Shown here piece after piece: positions 28,112 through 40,560 of a DNA stretch of 64,000 nucleotides; positions within the stretch are counted from its first letter, which is position 1, and each line of letters begins with the position of its first letter. Location of the stretch: the NCBI RefSeq assembly GCF_006345805.1, contig NW_021834004.1, forward strand, positions 1-64,000. The letters run 5' to 3'. A program made the translations under genes and the position numbers. Below the pieces are notes generated by a model. The model did no database searches. It saw only the letters and a program-made list of their open reading frames with translations, and was not told the DNA's origin. This stretch comes from Octopus sinensis (lineage: Eukaryota).

Positions 28112-30453
28112 TATAAAGATATAAAGCATGTATGTATGATGCGCATGTACAAATCAACAAAATGGAACAACCTACCATCTCCGTAAGTGTCGTGAAACGT
28201 AAACAATATCGTTTTTTTTTTTTCCAAAGATTGTCGCCGGATTCAAATCCCCTCTTTCAATTCTATCGATGATGTCCAAAGGACGGGCAGCGGCCGAGGT
28301 AACATGACACCAGTATTGTCGCAGTCACTGCCACCAGAATGCAGAATGCCAGAAATGGATACCACCACGTATCACACCTAACATTCTAACAATTCCTGCA
28401 ATCTTATACCTTGGAACGCGTTTCCCCCCGCCCCTTTTTTTCCGGTTCCTACATAGGATAAAACTGAAAGTTGATCTCAGTAGGATTTAAAGTTGGGGAA
28501 CAGCAAGCAGAAATCAATGCCGCAAGGCCTTCTATCCGCAAGGCAATTAGGACTCTATAGTTAACCAGCTTTCATAATATAATATTATATAATACAATAT
28601 ACGCCTATGTTTTTGATAGAAAGAAATTAATTAAATTTCCTCTGCATCCAATTATAACAATTACTGTATCACACACACATCATAACATTATTATGTCAAT
28701 AAACTTCTTTCAAGTCGAAATTCAAATTATGTCCGGCATCCTACAATTCCATTGTAATCATGAAAATTTTGTCAAAATATTATTTATTTGTATGTATAAC
28801 CAACCAAATTATCCGCACTTACTACTACTACTACTACTACTACTACAACTACTACTGTTACTACTAATAGTACTACTACTACTACTACTGTTACTGCTAC
28901 TGCTACTACTATCATCATCACCACCACCAACATCATCATCATCACTACCATCATGATCAATGCATTGCTTGTAGTATATACAATTAAATGTGTATTGAAG
29001 AATTTAAATTGGAACACATAAATGTGTGCAAAATCACTATTTACCATTCAGCCAAATGAAACTACACAGATTTGTGATTTTTTTCTTTCTTTTTAATTTT
29101 TACAGTATACTGGAATATACAGTTTGTTTGAGGAGTTTATTTAGATAACAGAAGTAGTGTTAAAGAGACCAGCTAGTTTAATGACGATCTTTGTTGTATT
29201 TCTCGCTTTTGATTTTTTTATTATTTTCTTTAAAAACTGGTTGTTATTTTGGGGGTAGTGGTGACATAACCATGCTTCAAGAACATATAAATCCTCTGAA
29301 AACTGATGAAATATTTCTTTATGGTTTAGCATGACATTGAATTCAAAACCATTGCGGGGCCTCCAAGATTTGTGGTGAAAGGTACCTCGAGTGTTGCTGC
29401 AGTAGGAAGTAAGGCGTCTCCCCTCAGAATTATTGACTTGATCTGATTATTAGCAGTATAACAGACAATGTTGAAAGTATTCAACGACAAAGTAGTGCTG
29501 TTAAAACTGTACATCAGATACATTTACCACTTAAAACTGGCAGGAGGTATTTGATTGGTTTGCGCACAGTTTCTTTCTGTTTGATTTCACATAAACGGGT
29601 TGTGTGGACCTGAGATAAAACACTTCTTAAGATACTGAAATCTCGTGCAGTGGTAACGAATCCAGAAACTGTCGATTATGAGGCAAACTTTTCGACCACA
29701 CGGCTACACTTTCTTCCTCACAACTAATGCCAGCTCAAAGCTGGGCAACTTCGACTTTACGATCAGTAAAATGACTTATTACTAGTTCATTTAGTTTTGG
29801 AAGGGTAAAGCATATCACGTAATGTTAAAACGCCAATAGAATCCCACTTACTACCGTGAAACTGAACTTTGACGAACCACCTGAACTCGAATCAGCCGCA
29901 ATATATTGAGCGGGTTTTTAAGTTGATCGAGCACGGCAGATTTTCGATTCCGACTGAACAGTAACCTCACACTGAGCTTATTGAGATATTGTTGAACAGA
30001 CACAAGATTTTCAGTGACCATAAACATATTAGAGCTTAATCTTTCAGGCATTACGAATTGTAAAGAAGGCAATCCGACGTCAAGGTCTACTGAATATCGT
30101 ACACTTAAAATTTAACCTGATCAAATATATGTTTCATGCTTCAAACAGTGTGTTTGTCCAAATCCTTATATTCAGATTTTCTCAAACTGGATCTGGCATA
30201 CTCAGTCTTGCACTGACAGCGGAAATTGGAAAAATTATGATTTGAATATTAAATATTGGCGGCCATTGTATGAAAAAGGGTTTTCGGGAACACTGCACCA
30301 GGTTTTCACAGTATACACGCTGTTCATGATGTGAATTTTCTAGAAAGTAAAACTCGGAAAAGTATGATTTGAGTGAGATTTGTCTACTACTTCTAGCAGA
30401 TCGAACAAGCACAGAGAGACATGTCCATAAGCTAAACCTTATTTATATAAGGG

Positions 30454-30836
30454 TGGAGGCGCAATGGCCCAGTGGTTGGGGCAGCGGACTCGCGGTCGTA
30501 GGATCGCGGTTTCGATTCCCAGACCGGGCATTGTGAGTGTTTATTGAGCGAAAACACCTAAAGCTCCACGTGGCTCCGGCAGGGGATGGTGGTGATCCCT
30601 GCTGTACTCTTTCACCACAACTTTCTCTCACTCTTACTTCCTGTTTCTGTTGTACCTGTATTTCAAAGGGCTGGCCTTGTCACTCTCTGTGTCACGCTGA
30701 ATATCCCCGAGAACTACGTTAAGGGTACACGTGTCTGTGGAGTGCTCAGCCACTTACACGTTAATTTCACGAGCAGGCTGTTCCGTTGATTCGGATCAAC
30801 CGGAACCCTCGTCGTCGTAACCGACGGAGTGCTTCC
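30454..30836 (+). mobile_element. SINE family B with TSD
   Basis: 11-bp TSD ATTTATATAAG (30441-30451 and 30837-30847). Confidence 0.92.
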
Positions 30837-31439
30837 ATTTATATAAGACAAGCTCAGGCCCTTGGCCAATATGCAGGCTACCTCCCGTCATGAACATCTC
30901 TAACGTAACTATAATTGCCCTCTACATCTCGGACCTAGCTCGGCTCACACAGCCCCCACTCAGGCATTGCCAACCTATTCACCTCTTCTCCTTTTCATCA
31001 GCCTTGCTGAGTCAGCATCCCCAGGATTCCACACCACGCATTACAATCGACAGTGAGAGTTGGCTTCTAACTGCACCGAACAATACGACGTTAGTGTGGT
31101 GCTGATGTGTGCTTCGATATTTCAGCAAAAAGGGAGAGCGCGTCTTTAGATGGGTGTATGTGTGCGATGGTTAGTAGATGCAGCGCTGTGTTTGTGCATA
31201 CTTTTGTGTGAGTGTGTGTGTGTGTGTGTGTATGTGTGTGTGCGTGCCTGTGTGTGTGTGTGCGTGCCTGTGTGTGCGTGCTTGTGTGTGTGTATGTGTG
31301 CGTGCGTGTGTGTGTATGCATGTGTGTGTGTGTGTGTATGTGTGCGTGCGTATGTATGTGCGTGCGTGTGTGTGTTTGTGTGTGTTTGTGTATGTGTGCG
31401 TGCGTATGTATGTGCGTGCGTGTGTGTGTTTGTATGTGT

Positions 31440-31540
<101 letters not shown>

Positions 31541-33066
31541 TTGTACATCTCTGCAAAGGCTGCAGCCAGAAAGTAGTCACATCCTTCTTTGTCGCTGAGC
31601 TGAGAATTGAGGAGACTCTTCTCATTAACCAACAAACCAGAAATCAACAACAGAACCTGAACTGAATAGCGTGAAATAGCTTTCCCAGCTACCCACCTCC
31701 ACCTAACTTTCTCATACTTACCTTTACTCACCATACCAAGGGTTTTTCACAGCATATTTACCACACTACACAGCTTTGTATAACCGTGCCCTTGGTGAAC
31801 AAAGACATTCTCAATAATCTCCTACCTACTGCTACAAAGTGCAATTACTGATCAGTAACCTTTTCCATTCCCCTTGTATACTTCTGCATTGACTCATCAT
31901 GCCCCACCATCGAATGCTGTTGTTGTTGCTGCCGCTGATACTACCTACCTTAACAAATCAAAGCCTCTAATGGAATGGGCGTACAAACCAGTACAAACAA
32001 TGCCTTGGCTAGAACACGTTGATATGACTTGCCAATAAACAACATGTTTCTTCGGACGCTTTAATTATTTTCTTTCTTATATTTGAAAAAGAGAATTTTC
32101 CCCAAAATATTATCGAAGCATTTAACAACCTAGAAAAAGCAATACAATATCTATTCACATTGTTTGCATTCATTAAATCACCTTAACTACGTTGATTAGT
32201 TCCGCACCTGCACTGAGCAAAAGCTTTTTCAAACATTTATCTTATCGACATATGCTGCTATATTTCAAGCAACTACAATGTGTGTGTATACCATTTATAT
32301 ATTTGAATCTGTTTACGTATACGTATTCTATGTATATATATATTGTATTTATGTGTGTGTGTGTGTGTGTGTTTTTGTTCATATACGTGTGTATAAATGT
32401 GTTAATTGTAATGGTTAATCAACTTATGGAAAGCAGCACAAAGAAAAACATTTACTAATGTTGGGATTCATTTCGTAGAATAAGATTCATTGATAATATT
32501 GACAAGGACTTCAAGTCTCGCCTTTAATGGATTCTTCAGCCAATGAACCTTATATCCTTACATCAAAAACTTTTTTTTTACAAACAAAGGGTGTTTATAT
32601 ATTATTAATGTAAGATTTGTCAATGGTCAAAGAAAAAAATATTTATTTTGCGGTAGAATCATAGGGTGGGGGGGAGGCTCAGAATGAAAGATGCAAAAAA
32701 GGAGGAGGAGGAGGAGGAGGAGGTAGCAGGAAACGTAATGGGGAAGGTAGAGGAAGAAGTAAAGAAAGAAAACAAAGAATGATAGTTTAGTATTCGAGTG
32801 GGGGGAGGGTAGAGGGAAAAAGCCCGGTGTTTTAAGTAGTGAGGGGGGGGGGAGTAATTTAAATGTCAAAAGGCTTCAGAATATTTAATACATCCTAAGA
32901 TGAGGTGGCTGACAGATGAAGGAAGTACTGTTGCACAAGAGAGTGCCATGAAAAGTGAGCATTTATTCAATACACATATATGCAAACGCTCACACACTTA
33001 CACCAAACATACACACACAAACACATGCACACACGGACGTACATTTATGTGTGTAAGTATTGTAGG

Positions 33067-33120
<54 letters not shown>

Positions 33121-33348
33121 TGTGTGTGCGTGTGTGTATGTACGTGCCGGCATAAATACAAATACAGATACACATATTCCGTAAAAATATATATATAAAA
33201 GGAAGGTATGAAAAAATTATGATAAAAATAAGACATGATAAAAAATGGAAAATATGCGATAAGCGATTTCAACTTGGGTAAAACACGAACAAAGATCTCA
33301 GTGTAAACGCCTGTAACCATAACAGCGTAGATACACACACACACATAC

Positions 33349-33384
<36 letters not shown>

Positions 33385-33532
33385 ATACATACATACATAC
33401 CGTACATACATAATTGTACATACATGCAATGTATACGTATAAATATATATATAGAATATATATATATATATATAATATATATACATACATATATATTATA
33501 CATATATATATATACATATATATATATATACA

Positions 33533-33576
<44 letters not shown>

Positions 33577-33577
33577 C

Positions 33578-33621
<44 letters not shown>

Positions 33622-33630
33622 TTATATATA

Positions 33631-33735
33631 GAAGGAGCTTCTACAGGACTAGAACTGTTCATTCAAGAGAAATCTTCAGGAGCTTCCTGAAGATTTCTCT
33701 TGAATGAAACAGTTCTAGTCCTGTAGAGCGCCTTC
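33631..33735. ncRNA. ~105-bp palindrome made of two back-to-back type I hammerhead-like motifs
   Basis: Plus arm: CTGAAGA (33687-33693), TTC-TCTT-GAA stem II, GAAACAG...CTGTA stem III with a GUA cleavage triplet. The minus arm is the same but one A short in GAAA. Confidence 0.55.
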
Positions 33736-33839
33736 TATATAATAATTAATTTTACTCTGCTATGTATTGGAGTACCTTATTTACTGTGTTAACCCCGAAT
33801 CAACCCGGGACCTACATTATATATATATATATATATATC

Positions 33840-33872
<33 letters not shown>

Positions 33873-33890
33873 TATATCTAATATATATAT

Positions 33891-33950
<60 letters not shown>

Positions 33951-34085
33951 CATACATGCATACATATATATACATATACATATAAATATGTATACTTAAA
34001 CATACAGAAATATATACAATACGTATATACACTCATATAACAATATATGTACACACATACACAATAATACACGTACATATATATA

Positions 34086-34289
34086 TTTCTTTACTGCCCA
34101 CAAGGGGCTAAACATAGAGGGGACAAACAAGGACAGACGAAGGGATTGAGTCGATTATATCGCCCCCAGTGCGAAACTGGTACTTAATTTATCGACCCCG
34201 AAAGGATGAAAGGCAAAGATGACCTCGGCGGAATTTGAACTCAGAACATAACGACAGACGCGCTAACGTGTCTGCCAGCTCGCCGCCTT
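34086..34289 (-). mobile_element. SINE family C with internal deletion
   Basis: Head, core and Tx1-like tail match the copy at 41590. Confidence 0.88.
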
Positions 34290-34364
34290 TCACGTACATA
34301 TATATGCCTATACACACCTGTGAACGTATAAACGAGCTCAATCACACACATGCGCGCACATACA

Positions 34365-34403
<39 letters not shown>

Positions 34404-34745
34404 CACGCACCACAAAAGGCATGCACATACACTCACGCACACATTGTGTGAGTTCGTATCTACGATGCTGCTCTCACGATGCGGATAGCATTGTCCCTCA
34501 TCCTCATACTTCATCTCACGTTGCGACAGTCTACACGGGTATCAACTGGGTATCAACCGAGTGCTGAGGCAACCCTCTCTTCATCAAGCTGCCACTGCCT
34601 AGATATTAAACTGGGCCCCGGCTGATAGCTCGAGAGGGCATTTAAACCTACTCGTGACCACATAAACACCTAAACACTAAAACAACTAGAGAATATATGA
34701 TCCATTCTGTCAAGTAATATTCGCTTCCAAGTGACGGCTATAGTC

Positions 34746-34808
<63 letters not shown>

Positions 34809-35016
34809 GGTGGACTAGTACTGACTTGCTGCATGAAATCTAGAGCAAATTGACATGAACTGCCTTGCTCACACGATTTTATAATCGAAAGAGCCGCACC
34901 CACACCAAAACTCCAGGCATCTTACGTGTGCGCGTATGCGTTTGTGTCCATATATTGTTGTGTGTACGTACGTGTATGCATGTATATGTATGTATTTGAT
35001 AGACCGACAGACATAC

Positions 35017-35071
<55 letters not shown>

Positions 35072-35734
35072 TTGCTTAGTGGTCTTTCATTGATGTGAGA
35101 TACACTAGTGAAAAATGAGATACACAGACACACTATCACACACACACACACACACATACACACACACTATGATGCACACAGTATTTTCTTCTGTAAAACA
35201 TTAAGACATCCCAGACACTGTAGTGAAAGAAGGAGCCAGTGTAAAATATATAGTCTCACAGCAATGATATATGCCACGATTGGTGGGAGGTAATAGCGGC
35301 AGTGTGGGGGCGAAATATCTTGCCGTCTTTGGTAACGCACTTTTACGTTCTGTGTTCAAATTCCACCAGAATCGACATCCTGCTGCGATGTAAGTAGTAA
35401 GGGTCTAGATGAAGGACAGATAACCTCGATTAAAGATCTTCCTTTTCACAAACTTATTGGCTATATTAGGAATGAATTTTTAATAATCTTTTATATCTAA
35501 ATCATTGTGGACGAATAGATAGATAGACAGAGAGAGAGGGAGAGAGAGAGAGAGAGAGAGATGGATACATACATACATGCATGCAGGCATGCATACATAC
35601 GTACATACATACATGCATACATACATACATACATACATACATCTAGACACCTGGCGAATGGGGCTCGTAGTACGAGCCTCCGAAACTAATTCATATGAAA
35701 TTGAGTCAAACTATGTTTAATTAACATCTATCTA

Positions 35735-35787
<53 letters not shown>

Positions 35788-35866
35788 CTTCTAGCAGCTG
35801 TGTTGAATGGCACTTTCTTTCGCTTGTCGACTAGCTCGTATCTGAGTGAGTGCGTGAGCGCGCGCG

Positions 35867-35917
<51 letters not shown>

Positions 35918-36070
35918 GTATATAAACACACAAACGCGTGCATATATATGTATGCACACGCACGCACATTCTCTGTGTATGTGTATACGGTAGCCTTGGA
36001 TCTCCGTCGTTCTAGCGTGGATATTCAGTTGTTCGCTCAATCATTTTACCTGCTCCTGTATTAATGTGTT

Positions 36071-36140
<70 letters not shown>

Positions 36141-36141
<1 letters not shown>

Positions 36142-36641
36142 TAGGCCTCGCACATGGTTCCAACAAGATGGGCAACTGCTCATACTGCAAGAGAAACAAT
36201 GCAGTTGCTACGGCAGAGCTTTGGAGAGAGAATAATCTCCCGCTACGGCAACGTCAGCTGGCCTCCGCGTTCACCAGACCTGACTAACCTAGATTCTTTC
36301 TTGTGGGGATACCTGAAAGAGGGAGTTTTACGTCAACAAACCGGAGACCTGGGTGCAACTGAAGGAGAACATCAATAGAGAAATCAGAGAAGTGGTGTCC
36401 GAAACTCTTAAGGGTGTTATGGTGCAAGTTTTGGAAATAGTACAGGTGTGCGAAGCTGAAAATGGCTGCCATTCAAGCGATGTCATTTTTCATATGTGAT
36501 GTAGTAGTGTTGCAAAATTTGAATTCTGCATATTAATTTCCATTATGTCCTTTATATTGTATCTAAATTTCATGCATTTATTTGTAAAGTTAAAGAAGTT
36601 ATTAAAAATTAAAACCCAGCAGTGTCTTTTGGGACGCCCTG
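36141..36641 (+). mobile_element. Tc1/mariner DD41D (rosa-like) transposon, 3' fragment
   Basis: WFQQDG/ATAHT...WPPRSPDLTNLDSFLWGYLK. After correcting a 1-nt frameshift there are 41 residues between the second and third Asp. The right TIR ends GGGACGCCCTG followed by TA. Confidence 0.85.
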
Positions 36642-36642
36642 T

Positions 36643-36911
36643 ATATGATGCAAATAAGAAGACAAAGAAAGAGTTTAATAGATGTTTAGCAATAAGTTAC
36701 AATCGCTTCTGTGCCAACTCTGGTTACAAAGTAAGACCTTTGATGCAGTCTGAGGTATTGCCACTCTAATGTTTACGACCACAAATATTACGTAAATTTT
36801 CGCTTAGAACTTTTGCGTGAACTGGTGTTGTAAGGAGAGTTGGTACAGAAACTATTGTAACTGATCTTTAAAGACGTGTTAAAGTCTTTCTTTGTCTTAT
36901 TTGCATTATAT
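36643..36911. repeat. Imperfect ~75-bp inverted repeat with ~115-bp spacer
   Basis: ATGCAAATAAG(AAG)ACAAAGAAAGA...CTGTGCCAACTCT (36643-36721) pairs with the reverse complement of 36836-36911. Confidence 0.75.
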
Positions 36912-37254
36912 GTCACTCTTCGCTAAACTCATACAACGGTTTTACCGCTTGGAATATAACATTCTAAATAGCCCAGAGCTCGGGATGAGTGCTAAATTGG
37001 AAAATAAAAACAGATTTAAGGGTCACCTGGCACTACTACAATTGTTTACTTAGGAAGCATAGCACAGTTGGGTATGCAGTATGCACAACATCCATGCGAT
37101 AATATGTTACAGATCTCTCAACTAATCAGGTTAACCAAACAAACAAGCGTGTAATAACATGTTGGTTAATCAAAAGCTCATCAACAAAAAAATTAAGAAA
37201 AATTACTTACACTTGTATCAAATACCTTCTAATTCAATCATAATGATGATGATG

Positions 37255-37800
37255 GATGTCCGCTCGTGACTGAGGATTACCATCACTGACCATTATGAAC
37301 ACTAGAACACTGTGCACTCAGACAACCCTTGTTGCATCGCTGGTGACTAATAAGCCTACAGCTTGATATTTAGGTACTGTAGACGAATCTTCTGCGGTTC
37401 TCTAAAACAGGCAGTGCGTTTTCCAGCAACTCGCTTCAGTTTTGCATGCAAAATGTGTGTGATTCTTCAGAAATATCTGCTTCCCCCTTTACTTGTTTCT
37501 TCCATTGGTGACGGTGACAAACATTGCTTTCCCAACCTTCCATATCTCGTACACCTTCAGCAAGGGCTTTATACAATCCTTAAATGTTAGTCTTGTTTTC
37601 TGCTAGGAGAGCTTTCCACAAACATGTTTACCAAATAACTTAGGACCCTCTCGTCATTCATCTAAACCAGATGTCCAGTCCAACGTAAACATTGCTTGTG
37701 CACCATTGGCTCAGTGCTCAGGATGTCAGCCCTCCTTGAGACACAATGTCTCGAGTCCGCAAGGACCAGCCCTCATTCAGAGTGTCAGACATCTCTGACG
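37255..37800 (-). mobile_element. RTE-clade LINE 3' fragment
   Basis: Minus frames give LRWTGHLV*MNDERVL and RLTFKDCIK (RTE C-terminal motifs), ending in a (CAT)n tail. Confidence 0.65.
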
Positions 37801-37980
37801 GTAGCATTCAAGGACCGTTAACATGATGGAGAATATACACACATAAATACATAGATCATACATACATGATTGCATACATAGATCATACATACATATATAC
37901 ATACATACATACATACATACATACATACATACATACATGCATGCATGCATACATACATACTACATACATACATACATACA

Positions 37981-38011
<31 letters not shown>

Positions 38012-38089
38012 GTTAGATTGGAACCAAAGTTCCCGCACAACTTTTTATATACGTTTACTTATTGATTGATTTATATATAAGTAAACTCA

Positions 38090-39048
38090 TGAGTCAGGAG
38101 AGCTGACAGGTGCATTGTCCTCGTGAAGAATCAAATTCTTCGATCTCCAGAGATCTCTTTCGTGGAATATCCTCCCTCAAACACTTCAAAACGTCGCAGT
38201 AGGACTCTCGATTGACGGTTTGGCCCTGAAGGACGAATTCTCGATACTGCGGATGTCGAAAAAAACGATGAACATGTTCTTGATTAAGCTGCGGCTCTAT
38301 CATGCCTTCTTCGGTTGGGGATGAAAGTCTTTTTCATTGTGATAATTGCTGCTTCGTCTCGGGGTCCTACCCGTCACTGGTGATGATCCTCGACATGAAG
38401 AATGGGTCATCAGCGACACGCTGACGGAGATTTTGACAGACTTCGATACAATGTTATTTCTGCTCAGTTGCCAGCAGACGGAGATCAAACTTGGCAGAGA
38501 GACGCCGCATGTTCAATTCAGACGTTAGGATTCCCTGCACGGACCCAATACGAGAGACCAACGACTTCAGCAGTGTCACTGATTGTCCTCCATCTATCTT
38601 CATGCACAAGCTGATGAGTTTACTCCATGTTTCCAAGGGTGACGCACGTGGCAGGTCTTCCAGATCCATCATCGTCTTCCAGGGACTTTCTTCCGCTTTC
38701 GAAGGTCCCGTGCCACTCGAAACATTGCGTACGACCCATTACCTTGTCGCCATTTAACGAAGCATGCTCAATGTCTCTGTAGCTGACTTCCAAAGTTTAA
38801 CGCATAATTTCACGTTGGCTCTTTGTTCCAACTTTCTGTCCATGACAAAATCGCAGACTACAGCGTACTTGTGATTGCGAAAACACAAATTTCACAATTT
38901 GCGAAGTACTAAACACAGCAATGTCACTCGGCATACTGCCTCATGAAGGTCACTGCTAGTTCTCACTGCGCACGCAGCTATGTACTGCTATATGTTGGGG
39001 GGGGGGGGCACTACAGAACTAGTCCAAGAACATTTTAATACCACCTTG
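38090..39048 (-). mobile_element. Degenerate mariner transposon
   Basis: LEDLPR..., GSVQGILTSELNMRRLSAKF, DPETKQQ, EFVLQGQTVNRESYCDVLKCLRE, LHEDNA. The terminus reads TA-CAAGGTGGTATTAAAA. Confidence 0.85.
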
Positions 39049-39687
39049 TATAATAAAATATACTAATTAACTCGCGTAGCCCTGCACTAAGATGCAAATT
39101 AGAGAGGTCACTGAAGATTTGTTTGTGCACAGAGTAAATTAATATAAATCTTATTCGATCTTTTCTAAAGCTCTGATAAGTGTTAAATTAGTTATATTGA
39201 TTATACATTTTTTTCTTTCAAGACACAGAGAGAAACAGCTGTTATATAAACACACTGATTACTTTTCTCGGTGAGGCTCAGTTGTGGATTCACACAAAAT
39301 CAGACGCTCGTAAGCTTTGCTAGATTTCAAATTATCATTAAAACATGCTACCTAGTGTACCTGTTCATATACATACGTATGTATGTATACACACGCGCAT
39401 ACATAAGTACATCCATACATTCACACACATACATATATACATACATACATATATACATATATATACGTAAATATATACATGCCTATATACATATATATAT
39501 ATATATATACATGTGTGTATATATATATACGTTTATTTGTGGTGTCCTGTACTCATATATATATATATATGCATGTATATATACATGTAGATGTAAGTAT
39601 GTACATATATGTATGTATATATGCATATATTTTATTTATTTATTATATTACTATATGACCGAACGCACGCGTTATTTCTCTTCCCCA

Positions 39688-39730
<43 letters not shown>

Positions 39731-39834
39731 GTAACTTTCTAGGTGCAATCCCATGGTCATTCATGACCGAAGGGGGTCTTTACCCTTTATATGTATATAT
39801 ATATATATATATATTATAATATATATATATAATA

Positions 39835-39865
<31 letters not shown>

Positions 39866-39873
39866 TATATGTA

Positions 39874-39931
<58 letters not shown>

Positions 39932-39946
39932 GTATATATATGTATA

Positions 39947-40022
<76 letters not shown>

Positions 40023-40560
40023 TGTAAGTGGTTAACGCACAAACATCCGTACATACGTATGCAGGAAGTGAGGCTTCAATGTGTGTGTGCATTTATTTGT
40101 AAATGTTTGTGAATGTGTGTATAAATGCCTGTTCGTCGAGATTTCTAACGAAATTGCAGTTATCTACATGATCGTTGCAGCTGGTGCATATGTAGCAACA
40201 TCCCTTCTCAGCTATCATCAAGTGTGCACGGGTGACATAACAGTGTTGCAGTCAGCTGTTCCACGAATAGCTGTTAACGCGCTCATGTGTATGTCTGTTT
40301 GTAAGACATATGTATACACACACACACACACACACACACATCGTGTATACATATAATACACATCATGTACATAATACATATTATACACACACGCAGGCAC
40401 GCGCACACACACTAACACACACGCACACACACACACTAATAACATAGACATTACATCACAAGCACGCAATGTATGACTTGCTATACATGTACGGATGTGT
40501 GTATATGTGTGTGTCTTTATGCGTGTGTGTGTGTGTGGTGTGTGTACGAATGTATGTAAG

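Noticed and set aside
29326-29523. LRGDALLPTAAT...LGG resembling a Helitron/PIF1 helicase segment
   Set aside because: No Walker A or other helicase motif nearby, so the similarity may be chance.
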